Source: Lytechinus pictus | Lineage: Eukaryota | Direction: 5' to 3' | Length of the DNA: 64,000 bases | NCBI RefSeq assembly: GCF_037042905.1 | Contig: NC_087255.1 | Location: 20,894,001-20,958,000 of the forward strand | Shown: positions 37,901 to 50,550 of the stretch, one piece after another | How positions within the stretch are numbered: position 1 is the first letter of the stretch | Layout of the letters: each line of letters begins with the position of its first letter | The notes under the pieces: generated by a model | The model's input: only the letters and a program-made list of their open reading frames with translations | The model's database searches: none | Told to the model about the DNA's origin: nothing | Program-made: the position numbers and the translations under genes

Positions 37901-38740
37901 TGAGACCATTCAGGATAAGGTAGGTCTTATGTGCAGAGTTTTAAATATTGAGTTACTGGTCATGCAGGTTATATCATAGATGTATTAAATTTGTCTAGTT
38001 GATTCCACCACACACTTATGATTAGCCTATAAACAGAATTTGGAATAAAATATTAAAGAGAAAATTAACCAGATTCCAAAGTTCTGCATTGTCATGTGAA
38101 TACTTTCATGAAAAGTAATTGCTATTCCATTCCTTTTCATAGGTATATAACAGCGAGTTCAATTAAAAAATTCATGACTCCATAGTAATGAATAATTAGC
38201 TATACTTTCAGCAAATCTGGAAATTACTGCGATTTGAAGGCTTGGAATTGTTTTAAACTTTGATACTGTACCTCAAATAGCATCATTATGCTTTATATTT
38301 TTACTTCAAATTACAGTTATATACATGCATTTTTCATGGTAACCATGAAACTGGAGATGTGTTAAGGTTACAGTTGCGATTACCACTCTTCAAACCATTG
38401 ACCCGCTTTTCACCAACTCTCTGACCACCCCTTAAATTTTTACAGGAGAAGCGCATCTACGACCTCAAGAAGAAGAACCAGGAGCTGGAGAAGTTCAAGT
38501 TTGTCCTGGACTACAAGATCAAGGAGCTGAAGAAGCAGATCGAGCCGAGGGAGAACGACATCAAGGACATGAAGGAGCAGATCCAGGAGATGGAGAGCGA
38601 GCTGGAGCGCTTCCACAAGCAGAACACCCAGCTGGAGCTCAACATCACCGAGCTGAGGCAGAAACTCAAGGCTACAGAGAAGGAGATGCTAATGGAGAGA
38701 CAGAAGGTAAGTGTGAGGAGGAGGAGGAAGATGATGATGG

Positions 38741-38771
<31 letters not shown>

Positions 38772-41170
38772 GAGGATGAGGATGATGATGGTGTTGGTGG
38801 TGGTAGTGAAGTTGATTGATGTAGGGAGCTCTTGCATCTTCGGGGCTGCCTACCAACCCAACTTTGTATTATGTTTCATTGTATTGCTGTTTTTTAAAGT
38901 GGTTGAATCAATAAAGGTAATAGAATAAATGATTACTATGACAATGGTGAAGACAATGATGGCAATGATGAATGATGTTGCTGTGATAATGAAGATGATA
39001 ATAGTGATGATGATTGGAAATGATGCTCAGGATATGCTAAAACTTACCAAATACCAATTTGAAATTCATACTCACTTAATAAGGGCAAATGTAGATATAC
39101 AGAGCCTTGCTTAACTAGCAATTCGAAAAATACCAATTTGATATTTATACTCGGTTAATTAGGACAAATGCAGATACCATACAAAGCCATATTTATCTTG
39201 CTAAATGTACTTTCAGAAGTGCTAATAACCCAATCTTTCTATTCTTCAGGTACGAGACATGGATGCCATCAGCAGGCGATTCAAGACAGATCTTCATAAC
39301 TGCGTTGGCTTTGTTCAGGAACCTAAGAAACTCAAGGAGAGCATCAAGGCCCTCTACCAGAAACATGTCCAAGATGATACAGTGAGTAGAACGTTATTTC
39401 TCGGTCTCGCTTTCAAAAAGAAAATTGATTGATTGACTTATCCATTGATTGATTCATTCATTTGCTTGGGTTTTTTAATTAATTCATTCATTCATTCAAT
39501 GAATCAATCAATCATTCATTCAGACCATAATTTATTTGTGTCAAGTATACATTTTCATTAGTCAGTCCCAAATTATTGATTTACTCAACACTTTTTCAAG
39601 ACAGGGCGAAGGTACTAAATTGGTGTAACCAATTAATTTGAATTGGCTTGTTTATTGTATCAAGTGATAATTGATGCTCTCCCAACTCTATCAAAGACAG
39701 GGTCCAGGTACTAACTTTGTGTGATCAACTGATATCTGGAATTTATAATTTGCATTTAGTGCTGATGTTCTATGCATTTGATCTCTGTACATACTTTGAT
39801 TAAGGGTCAATCATGTTCTGTGTACATACTATGCTTGAAATACAATGTATCAGAAATATGATTTTGTATAAATTCAATGTATCAGAAATATGATTTTGTA
39901 TAAATATACTACTATTGTCTTTACTTTTATAATGTAGATACTCATAAGACTCATACCATTGTTTTGATTCATCATTATCTTGGTTTTTTTTCACAAAAAT
40001 TCTTTATTTCAGGTGGAGTCTGCCAGTGTAGATGCAGATATCCAGAGGGAGTATAGCCGACAGAGGAAACATCTAGAGCAGAGCGTGGCATCACTTCGTA
40101 AGAAACTAACCAAGGATACAGAGATCCATAGAGCAGATAATGTCAGAATCATGCAGGTAAGTCAGATTATTCCTTTATTAAATCTCCACAATATTAATAA
40201 TATGTATTTTTGAAAAAAAAAAAATTGTTTTATTTGTTCAGACTTACTTACTATGTACACACAACGTGAATGAGAAGTGAATAGAATTTTGCTTGAAATT
40301 GTGAAAAGCGATATGTGTAGTGTAGTAATAAATTAATCATTCCGAATTGATTGACCGTGAGTTAATATATTCATTTGCCAAGAATGAATAGATTAGTTAT
40401 TAATCATATTAATAGGCATTTATAAAGTGAGTGCCATCTGTGTGGAAATAATGTATTCCATGATGTTTAAAGAAAAATAGAGAGAATAAGAGAGTTTAAT
40501 TTCTAGGTTCAGAATTTCAGGGAATTATATGTAAAAATGTACAATATAAGTTTAAAATATGCTTTTATTTTATATTTAAACTAATATTAATTGGAGACAT
40601 TAAGAAGTTTTATGAAAACACATGTTAGGTTTAGAGTTTGGACAACTTTTTCATTTGATGGTGCTCTTGTTACATTATCATTTTCACAAAAGTTATTTTA
40701 AAGTGATGTATGACATAGGTTCCTTATACAAGATCGTTAATGGATTTGCTGGTCATGTATAATTGTCGTAAAGTAGAAAACATTTTGTTTTCAATGAAGT
40801 TTTGTGGGATATGATACAACTTTGTGTAATTCCTTTTTTTTTTAACCAACAGGAAAATGTTTCACTGATCAAAGAGATCAATGATTTGAGGAGAGAACTA
40901 AAGATCGCTCGTACCCAGGTCCATGACCTCGAGGCCGCCCTCGGTATCAAGAAAAACAAGACCCCCACCCAAGATCTAACCTCCATCCCCAATGGATCTG
41001 TCTCCTCCGGCCTTGCCTCGAGAGAGGGCCGCAACGAGGAGAATGTTAAGATCATCGAGATGCAGCGAGAAGAGATCCGCAAGCTGAGGACGGCACTTAT
41101 GGACGCCGAACAGTTTGCAACGCAAAGACCGCCGTCGGGTGCAAGGCTTCCTCCCGTGCTCGCGCAATAA
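25992..41170 (+). CDS. CFAP57: Cilia- and flagella-associated protein 57 (WDR65): N-terminal WD40 repeats plus long C-terminal coiled coil, 1217 aa
   Basis: 18 coding exons: 25992-26462, 27060-27316, 27888-28059, 28722-28874, 29194-29333, 29888-30053, 30777-30890, 31738-31950, 33193-33366, 34341-34505, 35135-35384, 36170-36360, 36725-36898, 37761-37919, 38446-38706, 39250-39381, 40013-40156, 40853-41170. All introns are GT-AG and in phase, totalling 3654 nt. Recognised motifs: [140 protein letters not shown]. Confidence 0.95.
29613..29720 (+). mobile_element. 3' fragment of a SINE/LINE
   Basis: AAGCCGGGTAATAATA...GCAGGGCCCGCTGGTAGAAGAGTTTTTGGAACTGAAGTGGCTACCCTGGGTAAA...(TTA)n. Confidence 0.7.
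30399..30480. repeat. Hairpin with 35-bp arms plus a third arm copy at about 30134-30163
   Basis: TTGAAATACGATTTCCAGCTTTCACCCAGTAAATA, 12-nt loop, TATTTACTGGGTGAAAGCCAGAAATTGTATTTCAA. Confidence 0.85.
31056..31510. mobile_element. Fold-back MITE with imperfect TIRs of about 160 bp, in a CFAP57 intron
   Basis: AGTCATTTGGC...TTTCAAAAAGAAAATCACAT...ATCTGCTCTTTAATTTGATA is mirrored by TATCAAATTAAAGAGCAGAT...ATGTGATTTTCTTTTTGAAA...GCCAAGTGACT. Confidence 0.8.
32728..33165 (-). mobile_element. Same interspersed element, copy 2, in a CFAP57 intron
   Basis: Reverse complement of 3739-4204; both copies give the spurious peptide [15 protein letters not shown]. Internal palindrome TGGTGCGAGATTT...AAATCTCGCACCA at 33105-33135. 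Confidence 0.8.
33425..33950 (+). repeat. 45-bp minisatellite, about 11.5 copies, in a CFAP57 intron
   Basis: Unit approximately GGAAGAAACTGTCTAAAATTATTTCTAATAGGAAACTGAATCTAT. Confidence 0.9.
38715..39020. repeat. (GAT/GAG/GGT)n low-complexity repeat in a CFAP57 intron
   Basis: Directly visible after the donor at 38707. Confidence 0.85.
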
Positions 41171-41539
41171 TTCATGCCACTTGTATGTACAGAAGAGTAT
41201 ATTTCAGACTTTATCATATGTTCCTCAGAATATTTTTGAGGTGTGAAGTGCTAGTTTTTCACCTAATGAATTTTTAAATGTCACCTGGCTTGCGTATCAG
41301 CTCACGGAGAAAACTTAATCTCTAATCTTAAACACAAAGAAACATTCTTGGCAGTGCTCGCCTTTGGTTAATTACCAAAAGACTATATATCAGCAAAGAG
41401 TTACATTGTGCTTTCAATTTTGCAGACCAATTTTTCATATCACCTTGTCGATTTCTCAAACGACTTTCCAAATCATTCTTCTTTTTTATATTGATCAAGA
41501 AGCCTTCCAAGTTCACGCCATATAGCCTACTTTTATGGA

Positions 41540-41723
41540 CAGTGGCGGATCCAGGAGTTTGAAATAAGAGGGTGGGGGGGAGCAAAAATTTAAACAGAGG
41601 GGCGCAGATGGGAATTTCCTTAGAATTAGATATATTGATATGTATTCTTCATGGGCATTTCTTAAGATATAGAGGGGCATGTACCCCTTGCGCCGCCCCC
41701 CCCCCCCACTGAATCCGCCACTG
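41540..41723. mobile_element. Short MITE with CAGTGGCGGAT termini
   Basis: TIR CAGTGGCGGAT / ATCCGCCACTG with subterminal G and C runs. Degenerate relatives at about 2753-2912 and 6014-6242. Confidence 0.7.
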
Positions 41724-44700
41724 GAATTCTATATCACACCTTGAAACAGAATGCAACCATCTGTGCCTGAATGTATCGTTAAGATGACAGTTCGCACTGC
41801 AGTTCACACATTAGCACAATTTTCACCTTGATGTTGTCCATGCAGACAAGATTATTGTTGTCGCCTTCAAGGAAGGAATTAAAGACAGGTGTCAAGGACA
41901 CAATGATGCATTGTCTTTGCCAACGCTTCATAACCTTTTGATTTGTTTTGAAAGGGTTGCGTCTCGTGAAATGAGTCACTAAACCAACCATGCAAAAGCA
42001 GTGTAAATGTTATCAGCAAGTAAGAGTGAAAGTCTATTTCTCAAACTCTATTTGGGGTTCTTATTCTCGGCTTCCAAATAATGAGATTGTTTGCACATTT
42101 TGAAACAGACGTTATGACTAGTCAGTGGGTTGGTTAAAAGCTGAATTCACAATAGAAATGATATGCGTGTATACCATGTCCTCAGCCAATTTGCCGAGAC
42201 CTATATGTGTGTGTGTGTTTATTGGGGTGTTTCTATATGTAACTTGATTCTTCTGAGAGAATTAATTGTGTGGAGCAGATATTCGAATGGGAGTTCCAAT
42301 CAAAAAGAAACAATCGTCAAAACCCTTACATTAAATGTGACTACGCTCGTGTAATTGCAGTGAGTTTAACGGGGACCTGTAAGGATTCTTTCCTTAAAAT
42401 ACCTTGTAGACTGTGAAAGGTAACTGGACTGGAGCCGGGGTAATGATATCCAGATCCTATGGATGTGCATTGAGACTTATTCATATGATAATGTGATATA
42501 TGCTGTACAAGAAATATCTATTATTATTATGTAAGTCAATAATTGTCATTAAATTGAGTCCATAGGACTAGGTATTTGCTAAAGCGATCATTGTTATCGG
42601 TTGCAGCATCGGCTGTAAGGCGAGGAGCATCTTTAAACCTTGAGCAACCCATGCCCTTTGCCCCATTCAGTGTAGGTTCCAGTCGGGGTCTCAAGAACTC
42701 GTAAGTTGATCCTCAAGGTATGCGGGTATCGCTTCATAGGCAGGGCTGCCTCCTACAAGCTTGACCCCACTGAGCTGTTCCTTCAAATGAATGCCTTACA
42801 GCATTGATGCCTTGACTGATAGATTAGGACAAGTTTTGAAACTTTAGGACAAGTTTTGAAACTTTAATGGCTTCCAAAAGGAGTGAAAGTGATTGCAAAT
42901 TCACTCAAAATGATACCTGTCTTTCAAACTGCCTTATTTGTAAATTTTATTTCCACCTTGGATAGAAATTGATGGATTATGAAGTAAGATGAATTGTCTT
43001 TAAAGACATGTAAAGAAACCCCCCCCCCTCTCTCTCTCTCTCTCTCTTATGAAGTTATTATTTTTTTTTCAAGACTAGCCAAATATGTTTGGGGTATGTT
43101 TTTTCCCCAAGCTTTTTCCTCATTTCTGAAAAGTGTTTGGGCTCGAGACAAAACTTGTTTAGGGGTCATATTCTGGCGACAACTTGTTTAGGGGCAAAAA
43201 TGTGTAAATGAAGCCTGCAAAAAACTTGTTTAGGGGGCTATTTGCACACAGAGAAAAACTTGTTTAGGGGGTGTTTGGAAATAATTTGGTAATGCATGTG
43301 TACAACAATGCATTTGGCTGCCCCCCCCCCCCCCCCCCCGGATTATTTCCTTGCACTTCTTGGCCCGTATTCTAATGTGCTGTTTAAATTAGGCCATGGT
43401 TATCCATAGTTATAAACCACAACAGTTGACAAGATTTTAGATTCAACCCAAGTTAAGATGGACCCTAGAATTTAAGGTTAGTTTTTTAACTTTAAGTCCA
43501 TGCCAATGAAGAAAGAGAGAGAGAGGGATTGGGGGAGTAAGGAAGGAACTCAAATAAACTCCTCTTCAGAAAGAAAGTCATTGGACTTGCGACATGCAAT
43601 GTTGTTTGGCTTGAGAACTTACAAGTAATTGCGTAACCGGTCATGTGACTCTCATATGATCTAAAACGGATTTGAAAGAAACTGAACATATCAACACTGC
43701 ACTGAGGGCGGCAACGAAGGGCACTGCACTGTTGCCAGCTTTGTTGTGTGCTTTGCATTGAGCTTTTCATGATGTTGCAGGATCAGAAGTTGGGAACAAA
43801 ACAATGGATCCCCAAATTAATTATGAGCCTGGCCGTGAGTCATGCCCAGCAAAGTTGCTAATTGATAACTTCCTTTCTATGTGGTTAGAAATGGCAAGTC
43901 TGTTACTCACTTGTATCATGAAAAGAAAGGAGGTAGAGGCTGAGAGAGGGAGGGAGAAGGAGAGAGAGAGGGGGGGGTATAGAGAGAAAGGGAACACAAC
44001 AGTTTTTCATCAAGACCTCAGCATGAGAGAATGTGAAACTAAGTACATTGCATTCCAAAAATATTCTTGTCCATGTCGGCTTGTCATCCAGATAACTTTT
44101 CCTGAATGAAATCTGCACTGAAACTATTTCATTCAGTTATTATCCGTGGTATGCATGTACACCAATCATCACCACTCTCATCTATCCAAATGTACACACT
44201 TCAATGTTTAGGGAGAGAGGGGCGGGGCATCTCTGCATTTTTGTGTGTATGGCTCTTAATAGCTAGCTCACCACTGCACATTACTTTTGAATGGGTCTAT
44301 TTACTGTTATGTACTCATGGAATGATTTTACTAGACTCATTACAGTAATGCTCTTTTCTTGAGATTTTTTACAAAATTTAACATATATATACAAGTGATA
44401 CATCTGTTGCATTATATTTGCAAGAGGATGGAAAAATGCAGTGCCAATAGCATGTTTTATGTTTAGCACTGGATGTGAGATCAAATTAATGATTGATATG
44501 TTCACATGGACATTTTTTGTGACTTAATTCTTTAAGATTTCTTCGAGTAGATGAATCCCTGAAGCTGTTACTATGTAACGCAAACATCCACTTGAAAATT
44601 GAGTATGTTAAGTTCCCATGCATGTATAATGTGAGCTCTGTGATTAATATTAATTGTGTGAATGTATACATTTATTCAACATGGGTATGTTCACATTGAA

Positions 44701-45789
44701 AAAAAATTATATGACAACTTAATATCGTGAGATATACAAAATTGTCAAAGGTATTGAAATTCTGGAGTTATGACAGACATGTATTCAAGAACAACCTACT
44801 TAAGCCTTGGCTTCGTTAGATTACCATCTCCCACGAATAATGAGCTTTGGCTCACTTTCCAAGCCAAAATGGGGCACGAGGCATTCCTCCGCCTCTTCCA
44901 TATGGAGATCATGATGATGATTCTGAGAGCATTGGAATGATCTGGGTTACATACATTAATGTGCAAGGAAATGTGGCATGTTAAGGGAAAGCAGGACATT
45001 CCTTTGTTTTGAGTCATACCTGGGCTTCCTGCCTGAAGTGTGAGTCAAGTTTGAAGGCAGGAGCAAAGTTAGGAGAGGGTCTAGGGTTCATCACCCCTTC
45101 CCAACCCCCGGCTCAACCTTTATCATTTTCTTACGGTTTACTCTTAAAAGAGTGACTCTCCATTGAATGATGATTTTTCTCTATTATTTTACCTTTCCCT
45201 TTTCCCAAACCATTTTGCCACAAAAAGTACATTGATCTGTAATTATGCTGTATTACTGTAGGGTGCTTAGAGATTTCTGATGAAAAGTGTTAAGCGCTAT
45301 ATAAGCAAGTATAATTATTACTCCTCCCTCCAAATCTCAAACTATGTGCTGATTTTAATGCAGGGTGACAGTTAGGTCTATTTTGCATTAAAGCATTGAT
45401 CTTCATCACCAGGCCCTTGGATAGGATGTAGATCTATTGGTCATATAGTTGCTCACATTGTAAGAGATGTATGTACACCCCTGCTTCTTTGGCAGTCTGA
45501 GTAAACCAATCTAGCATCTTATCTTAGCTATCCCCATGTGGATATGACTCTACTCTAAATGTAGATCATTTTATATGTGCTAGAGAAAGGTGGTGGTGAT
45601 CGAAAGGGGGGGGGGGGGTGAGGGGGTAAGCTTAGACAGAAAGGAATGTGTCAATGAGAGTCAGTCAGTCAAGGTCTAAGCAAGCCCTTTGTTCAAGGAC
45701 ATCCACACGATATAACAGCCATGGGGGCAGGGGGGTATCAAGAAATAATCTATTCCGAGGGTCACTATCCTTACTACCCCTGCAGGTTT

Positions 45790-45915
45790 AGCTCGAGCTG
45801 CCTTCCAGCGCTCAGTGCATATTCAAGGGATTAATCCTGCTGGGTACCCATTCACCTCACCCGGGTTGAGTGCAGCACAACGTGGGTGAATTTCTTGCAG
45901 ATAGGAAATCACACT
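45790..45915 (-). mobile_element. SINE family B-related internal fragment
   Basis: GGTACCCATTCACCTCACCCGGGTTGAGTGCAGCACA matches the inverse of the family B core. Confidence 0.65.
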
Positions 45916-46617
45916 ACCCCAAATATCCACAAGACTGGCTAAATTTCTAATCAATTCCAATCGAAGTGACCCTGTCTTGTGAATATACATCATGCCTGTA
46001 CTCAACATGGGGGGAAGGGGGTTAGGGGTAAAGAAATGGAATGTAGTATAATACAGCAATGAATCCCCAATCAAGGTCTAGGTCTAGGCAAGCCTATGAA
46101 TGGAAGGAATTCCAACCAGCCATGGTACTTTCAGACTAGAGCAAACTCGCGTAAACGACAGTATAAGAAAATCATCATAGTTTGCTGAAGGACATACAAA
46201 CATCTTCTTTTAGAGAATGAGCGCCATTTAGCTGACCAAATGTGTTTACATATGATATGCCAAATCCATTTACATTGTATCTGTTTAATATTGGTGCCTG
46301 TCACTTTATTCTTTGCCAATTGTTTGTATTGGGATCCCAATAATTCTTACAACATTCTCCTCAACCATATTCGCAAATAATCTTGTATAGACCTGGGGTT
46401 GATAACATCTAATATCAATTTTAAGTCAGACAAAGTCAATTCTGTGACATATAGATTGGTCCATGGATTGCATATGTTGTAATGAATTTCAGCTTTTTTG
46501 TAAATCACTCCCATCATACCATACAGAAACAACTAAAATCAATTTTAAGTCAGATGAAAACAATTTTTTAAAGTTTTATTGGTCCATTGTTAAAATCAAT
46601 TTTAGCTGTTATATTGT

Positions 46618-46885
46618 GGAGCGTTGTGGCCCATTGGATTAGTCTTCGGACTTTGAAACAGAGGGTTGTGGGTTCGAATCCCAGCCATGGTGTAATTTCC
46701 TTCGGCAAAAAACTGATCCACAATGTGCTGCACTCAACCCAGGTGAGGTAAATGGGTACCGGTAGGAAGTAATTCCTTAAAAAGCTGTGTGCGCTATGAA
46801 CGCCTAGCTTAGCCGGGTAATATAGGAGCGCCTTGAGCACCTAACAAGGTGGATATGTGCGCAATATAAATACCCTATATTATAT
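46618..46885 (+). mobile_element. tRNA-derived SINE (family B), full length
   Basis: A box TGGCCCATTGG and B box GGTTCGAATCCC (46671-46682), core GTGCTGCACTCAACCCAGGTGAGGTAAATGGGTACC, AT-rich tail. Confidence 0.85.
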
Positions 46886-49800
46886 ATTGTATCACTCCTT
46901 AGTCCTTACATACATACATAATACATATTTGTCTGTGATACTCTGGTACAAGGCTGTCTGATAGCATGAATACATGCCGGGTGGACTGAAGTCGGATGAG
47001 TCTTGAATGTCACATGCAGTGGAGTGGAAGTTAGTGGAAGATGATGCGCTGAGTGGATGCATCGAGTCGTACAACAATCAAATAGAAAGGGGTTCCGCAT
47101 GCTTGATGTATGGTCGCAGGGAAATGGAATCAATGTGTAGCCCGGCCCGTAGGCTGGGATTTTCTTAGCTTCTGTAAGCATGCATGACCTAGGTCGATAG
47201 ACAATCATATATAGTGATGCTTAAAGGTATCGGTTACACTCTCATTTACTGACACCAGTGAAAATTGAACAGAGGGCTTGAAATTGGTTAAAATCAACCA
47301 TTCTGCATCATATAATGTCTTTTCTATGTAAGGGCCAGATTTAGGCTTTGGTTGATAAATGTATTTTCCTACAATGTTTATATAAATGGACTCTTCTGCT
47401 GATGTAAAAGAAACAACTATTGGTGAATTCTGTTTGAAAAGTGTCTTTTATCTGATTTGTACCTTGATTGAATAAATAGAAAAATAAACGTCAGACAACT
47501 TTTATGCAAACTTGAATCAATATATTATATCTTTATATATCTTTATATATTTACACTGCATGTTTGTTCAGCCTTGGTAAAAACTGTTTTCTTCCATTCT
47601 GCCTTCTTTATCTATGTACTATACACAACATAGGTATATTTGGATGTACCAGTACTTTCAATTTCATGAATATTCATATGATCCGTCCAAACAGATGATG
47701 TAACATATTCATTTATATGCATTCCGAATGTTCAATGTTTTCAATAAAGTAGTTATTGCTGTTTGTTGTCATGGGGCTATTTTCATACTGTAATCCAAAT
47801 TTATACGATTTATCCATTGCAAAGTGCCTGGATAGAAATTTGTTAAATTAAAATTCTATTCATCCATGTCAAATCGCTGTAATTTGATTGAATATAAACA
47901 GCTATGACTGCATGAGAAACATGATACTAAGAGGACGAGCATTACTGGATTGCGCACTAAATTTCATGTGCGCGTCAGCACAAAGTATGACTCTAAGTCA
48001 CACTTAACTCTTTGTGAAAACACCCCCCCCCCCTGGTTTGAAGTCAATTATGAATCAGTGAATTTGTATTTATTATGAAAGTTGCCTCTTAGAGACAAGA
48101 ACTGCTTTCTTGTTATAGAAATTATACTTCTACATATTTCACGTAATGGCCTTCCATGAAATTGAAACATCTTTTTTTCAATGATATCACCTTGTCAATC
48201 TTATAAAACCTTGATCCAAATCATTAATGATTTATAACAATGTATTGTATACCGGTTATTTTACACAATAGAGCTATTGGTCTGCCCGCCAATATGTATT
48301 AATACCATCAAGGCCGATATAAGCCAGGGGCATGATGAATAGTGTTCAAGAAGGATTTTGGCTAGCTTTGTTGTAATAATGAGGTATTAAAGTGTATTAG
48401 TGTAATATATATATACTTGGTCATGCGGGATCATGTATTGTATAAAAAAAATGTATTATATGTAATATATATGCAATACACTGTAATGTAATATAGACTA
48501 ATAGTATTGCGTCCATCCGCCATTATTGTAATTACTCAAAGGAGTGGATATTTCTTTACTTGTTTCTTCTGTTTAATAATAATGAATTTCTCTTTAAATT
48601 AGTTATTGTGAAAGAGAAACATTCATATTATATACAACTGTAGTTTAGTGTTAGCATATCATTACTATTAAACTCATTTATTGATAGCTTGAATGAATAA
48701 ATTGTTTATTCAGGAATGATTTATATTTAAAGAAGAAAAAATACACACAGTTGCTTAAATTAAAACAACCTTTTTTTCCAATTACCAGCTGTTGGTGAAA
48801 ATCTTCATTCGTTAGGATGCGTCACCGAAAGGGGGTCTGGTGAAATTATGAGGACATGTTGGGAATTAAACAGGGACGTATTTGGATTAAATGTGGCCCC
48901 AATATCTGCCCTCTACCTAATCTTAATCTGTAGGATAGCTAATCTAGATCCATGCTGACTGATTAGGGTGTAGCCCTAATTGAGCTTTCTCTAAGCTCTC
49001 CTAAATATCCATGTACATAATATCATAACTCAATTTAATATTCCATTCCATTTGATTTTGTTTGTATTTTCTATGAGCATATATGTATTTTCTTATTATA
49101 TGCATGTGTAATTGTACATAATGAAGAATAAATTTATTTGTTGTTTAAACTATAAATACATCTGGCTAAGATTTACTTTTGTTCTGTTGCCCTTGTGTTG
49201 TAGAATTATATAGGAGTTAGATAAAATCACACTGCAGGAATATCACAACACAAGGTCACAAATTTGGTGAAAAAGAAATATTTGGGTTTGGTGATGCAAA
49301 TAATCAAGTATAAATTTCTGTGATACATAAACATATGGCACAGAAGGACATTGGTCAAATGCAAATTTATATTGTCATGGTATTCTTTCCAAACATGTGG
49401 AATTTCAACAACCTCTGTCATCTGCAGTCCATTGACATAAACTTGTATTACATTCAACAAGAATTATTCTGAAAAATAACATAAAAACAATTTTCAAACA
49501 ATCATGAAATTCAACATCACTTTCTTTGACAGATTTCTCTTTCCAGTGAGTTTTATTCCACCTCTTCAAATCAGGGTCCCCGTCTTACAAATCCATCAGT
49601 GTCATAATTTTTTATACAGGAAATTTGCAAAATGTCCTTTGTAAACAAAGGAGAACACACCAAATTGTCAAGAAATAAATGAATTTATGAATATATATTC
49701 ATATCTAGAATTTTTTTTAACAAACATGCATTTTATATGTTGACTTTGCTGGCTTTCCATAGTTTGATCTGATCAATCGCAACTCTTTGTAAGGTTGGCA

Positions 49801-50023
49801 CCAGAGCTTCCAGTACAATTCTTGGATGACATAACAATTATTCACAGATGAAAATTATATATGCACATTGTATGATGTGATCATATTGAGAAACTTATAA
49901 AATATATAAACATCTGCAACCCAAAGAGTTTTTCTTAAAGGAAATTAAAACTCTGGAAACACTCCCAATCCTCTTTCCAAAACATTGCTTTTCAGAATAT
50001 AATTTCATTGAACGTTTCTCTAA

Positions 50024-50082
50024 TCTAAGACTTGCCCCCTGCATAATGTAAGACTTACATTATGCAGGGGGCAAGTCTTAGA
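50024..50082. repeat. Perfect 59-bp palindrome (29-bp arms, 1-nt spacer)
   Basis: TCTAAGACTTGCCCCCTGCATAATGTAAG-A-CTTACATTATGCAGGGGGCAAGTCTTAGA. Confidence 0.95.
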
Positions 50083-50329
50083 AGGGATTGTGATTGATCA
50101 AATGAATCTCAACCCTAATCAATCCTCATTATGGCAGGCCAGTGATGTCATCACCAAGAATGGATACACCCTTTTGGAACCATGTCCTTTGGTTATTACA
50201 TTGTATTTTGGCATATAAGAGTGATCCTTCTCAGTGGCCAACAAAGAATTATGGTGCTGTCGCCTTTCCATAGTTATGATTAATTCAATCAGTCATACTT
50301 TTCAGATATCCCTGGCCCCATAATTAAAT

Positions 50330-50550
50330 AAATAATATAGGATTTGTATAGCGCACATGTCCACCTTGCTAGGTGCTCAAGGCGCTCCTGTATTACCCCG
50401 GCTAAGCTAGTCTACCTATTCTGGTGCGCACAGCTTTTTGAGGAATTACTTCCTGCCGGTACCCATTTACCTCACCTGGGTCGAGTGCAGCACAATGTGG
50501 ATAAATTTCTTGCTGAAGGAAAACATGCCATGGTTAGGATTCGAACCCAC
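50330..50550 (-). mobile_element. SINE family B, copy lacking the A box
   Basis: Reverse complement of about 46667-46880, including the B box and core. The shared spurious peptide RNYFLPVPIYLTWVECST appears in the ORF track for both copies. Confidence 0.85.

Noticed and set aside
35108-41217. Antisense ORFs over CFAP57 exons, and similar ones over DnaJ and Hsp70
   Set aside because: Shadow frames caused by codon bias of the real genes.
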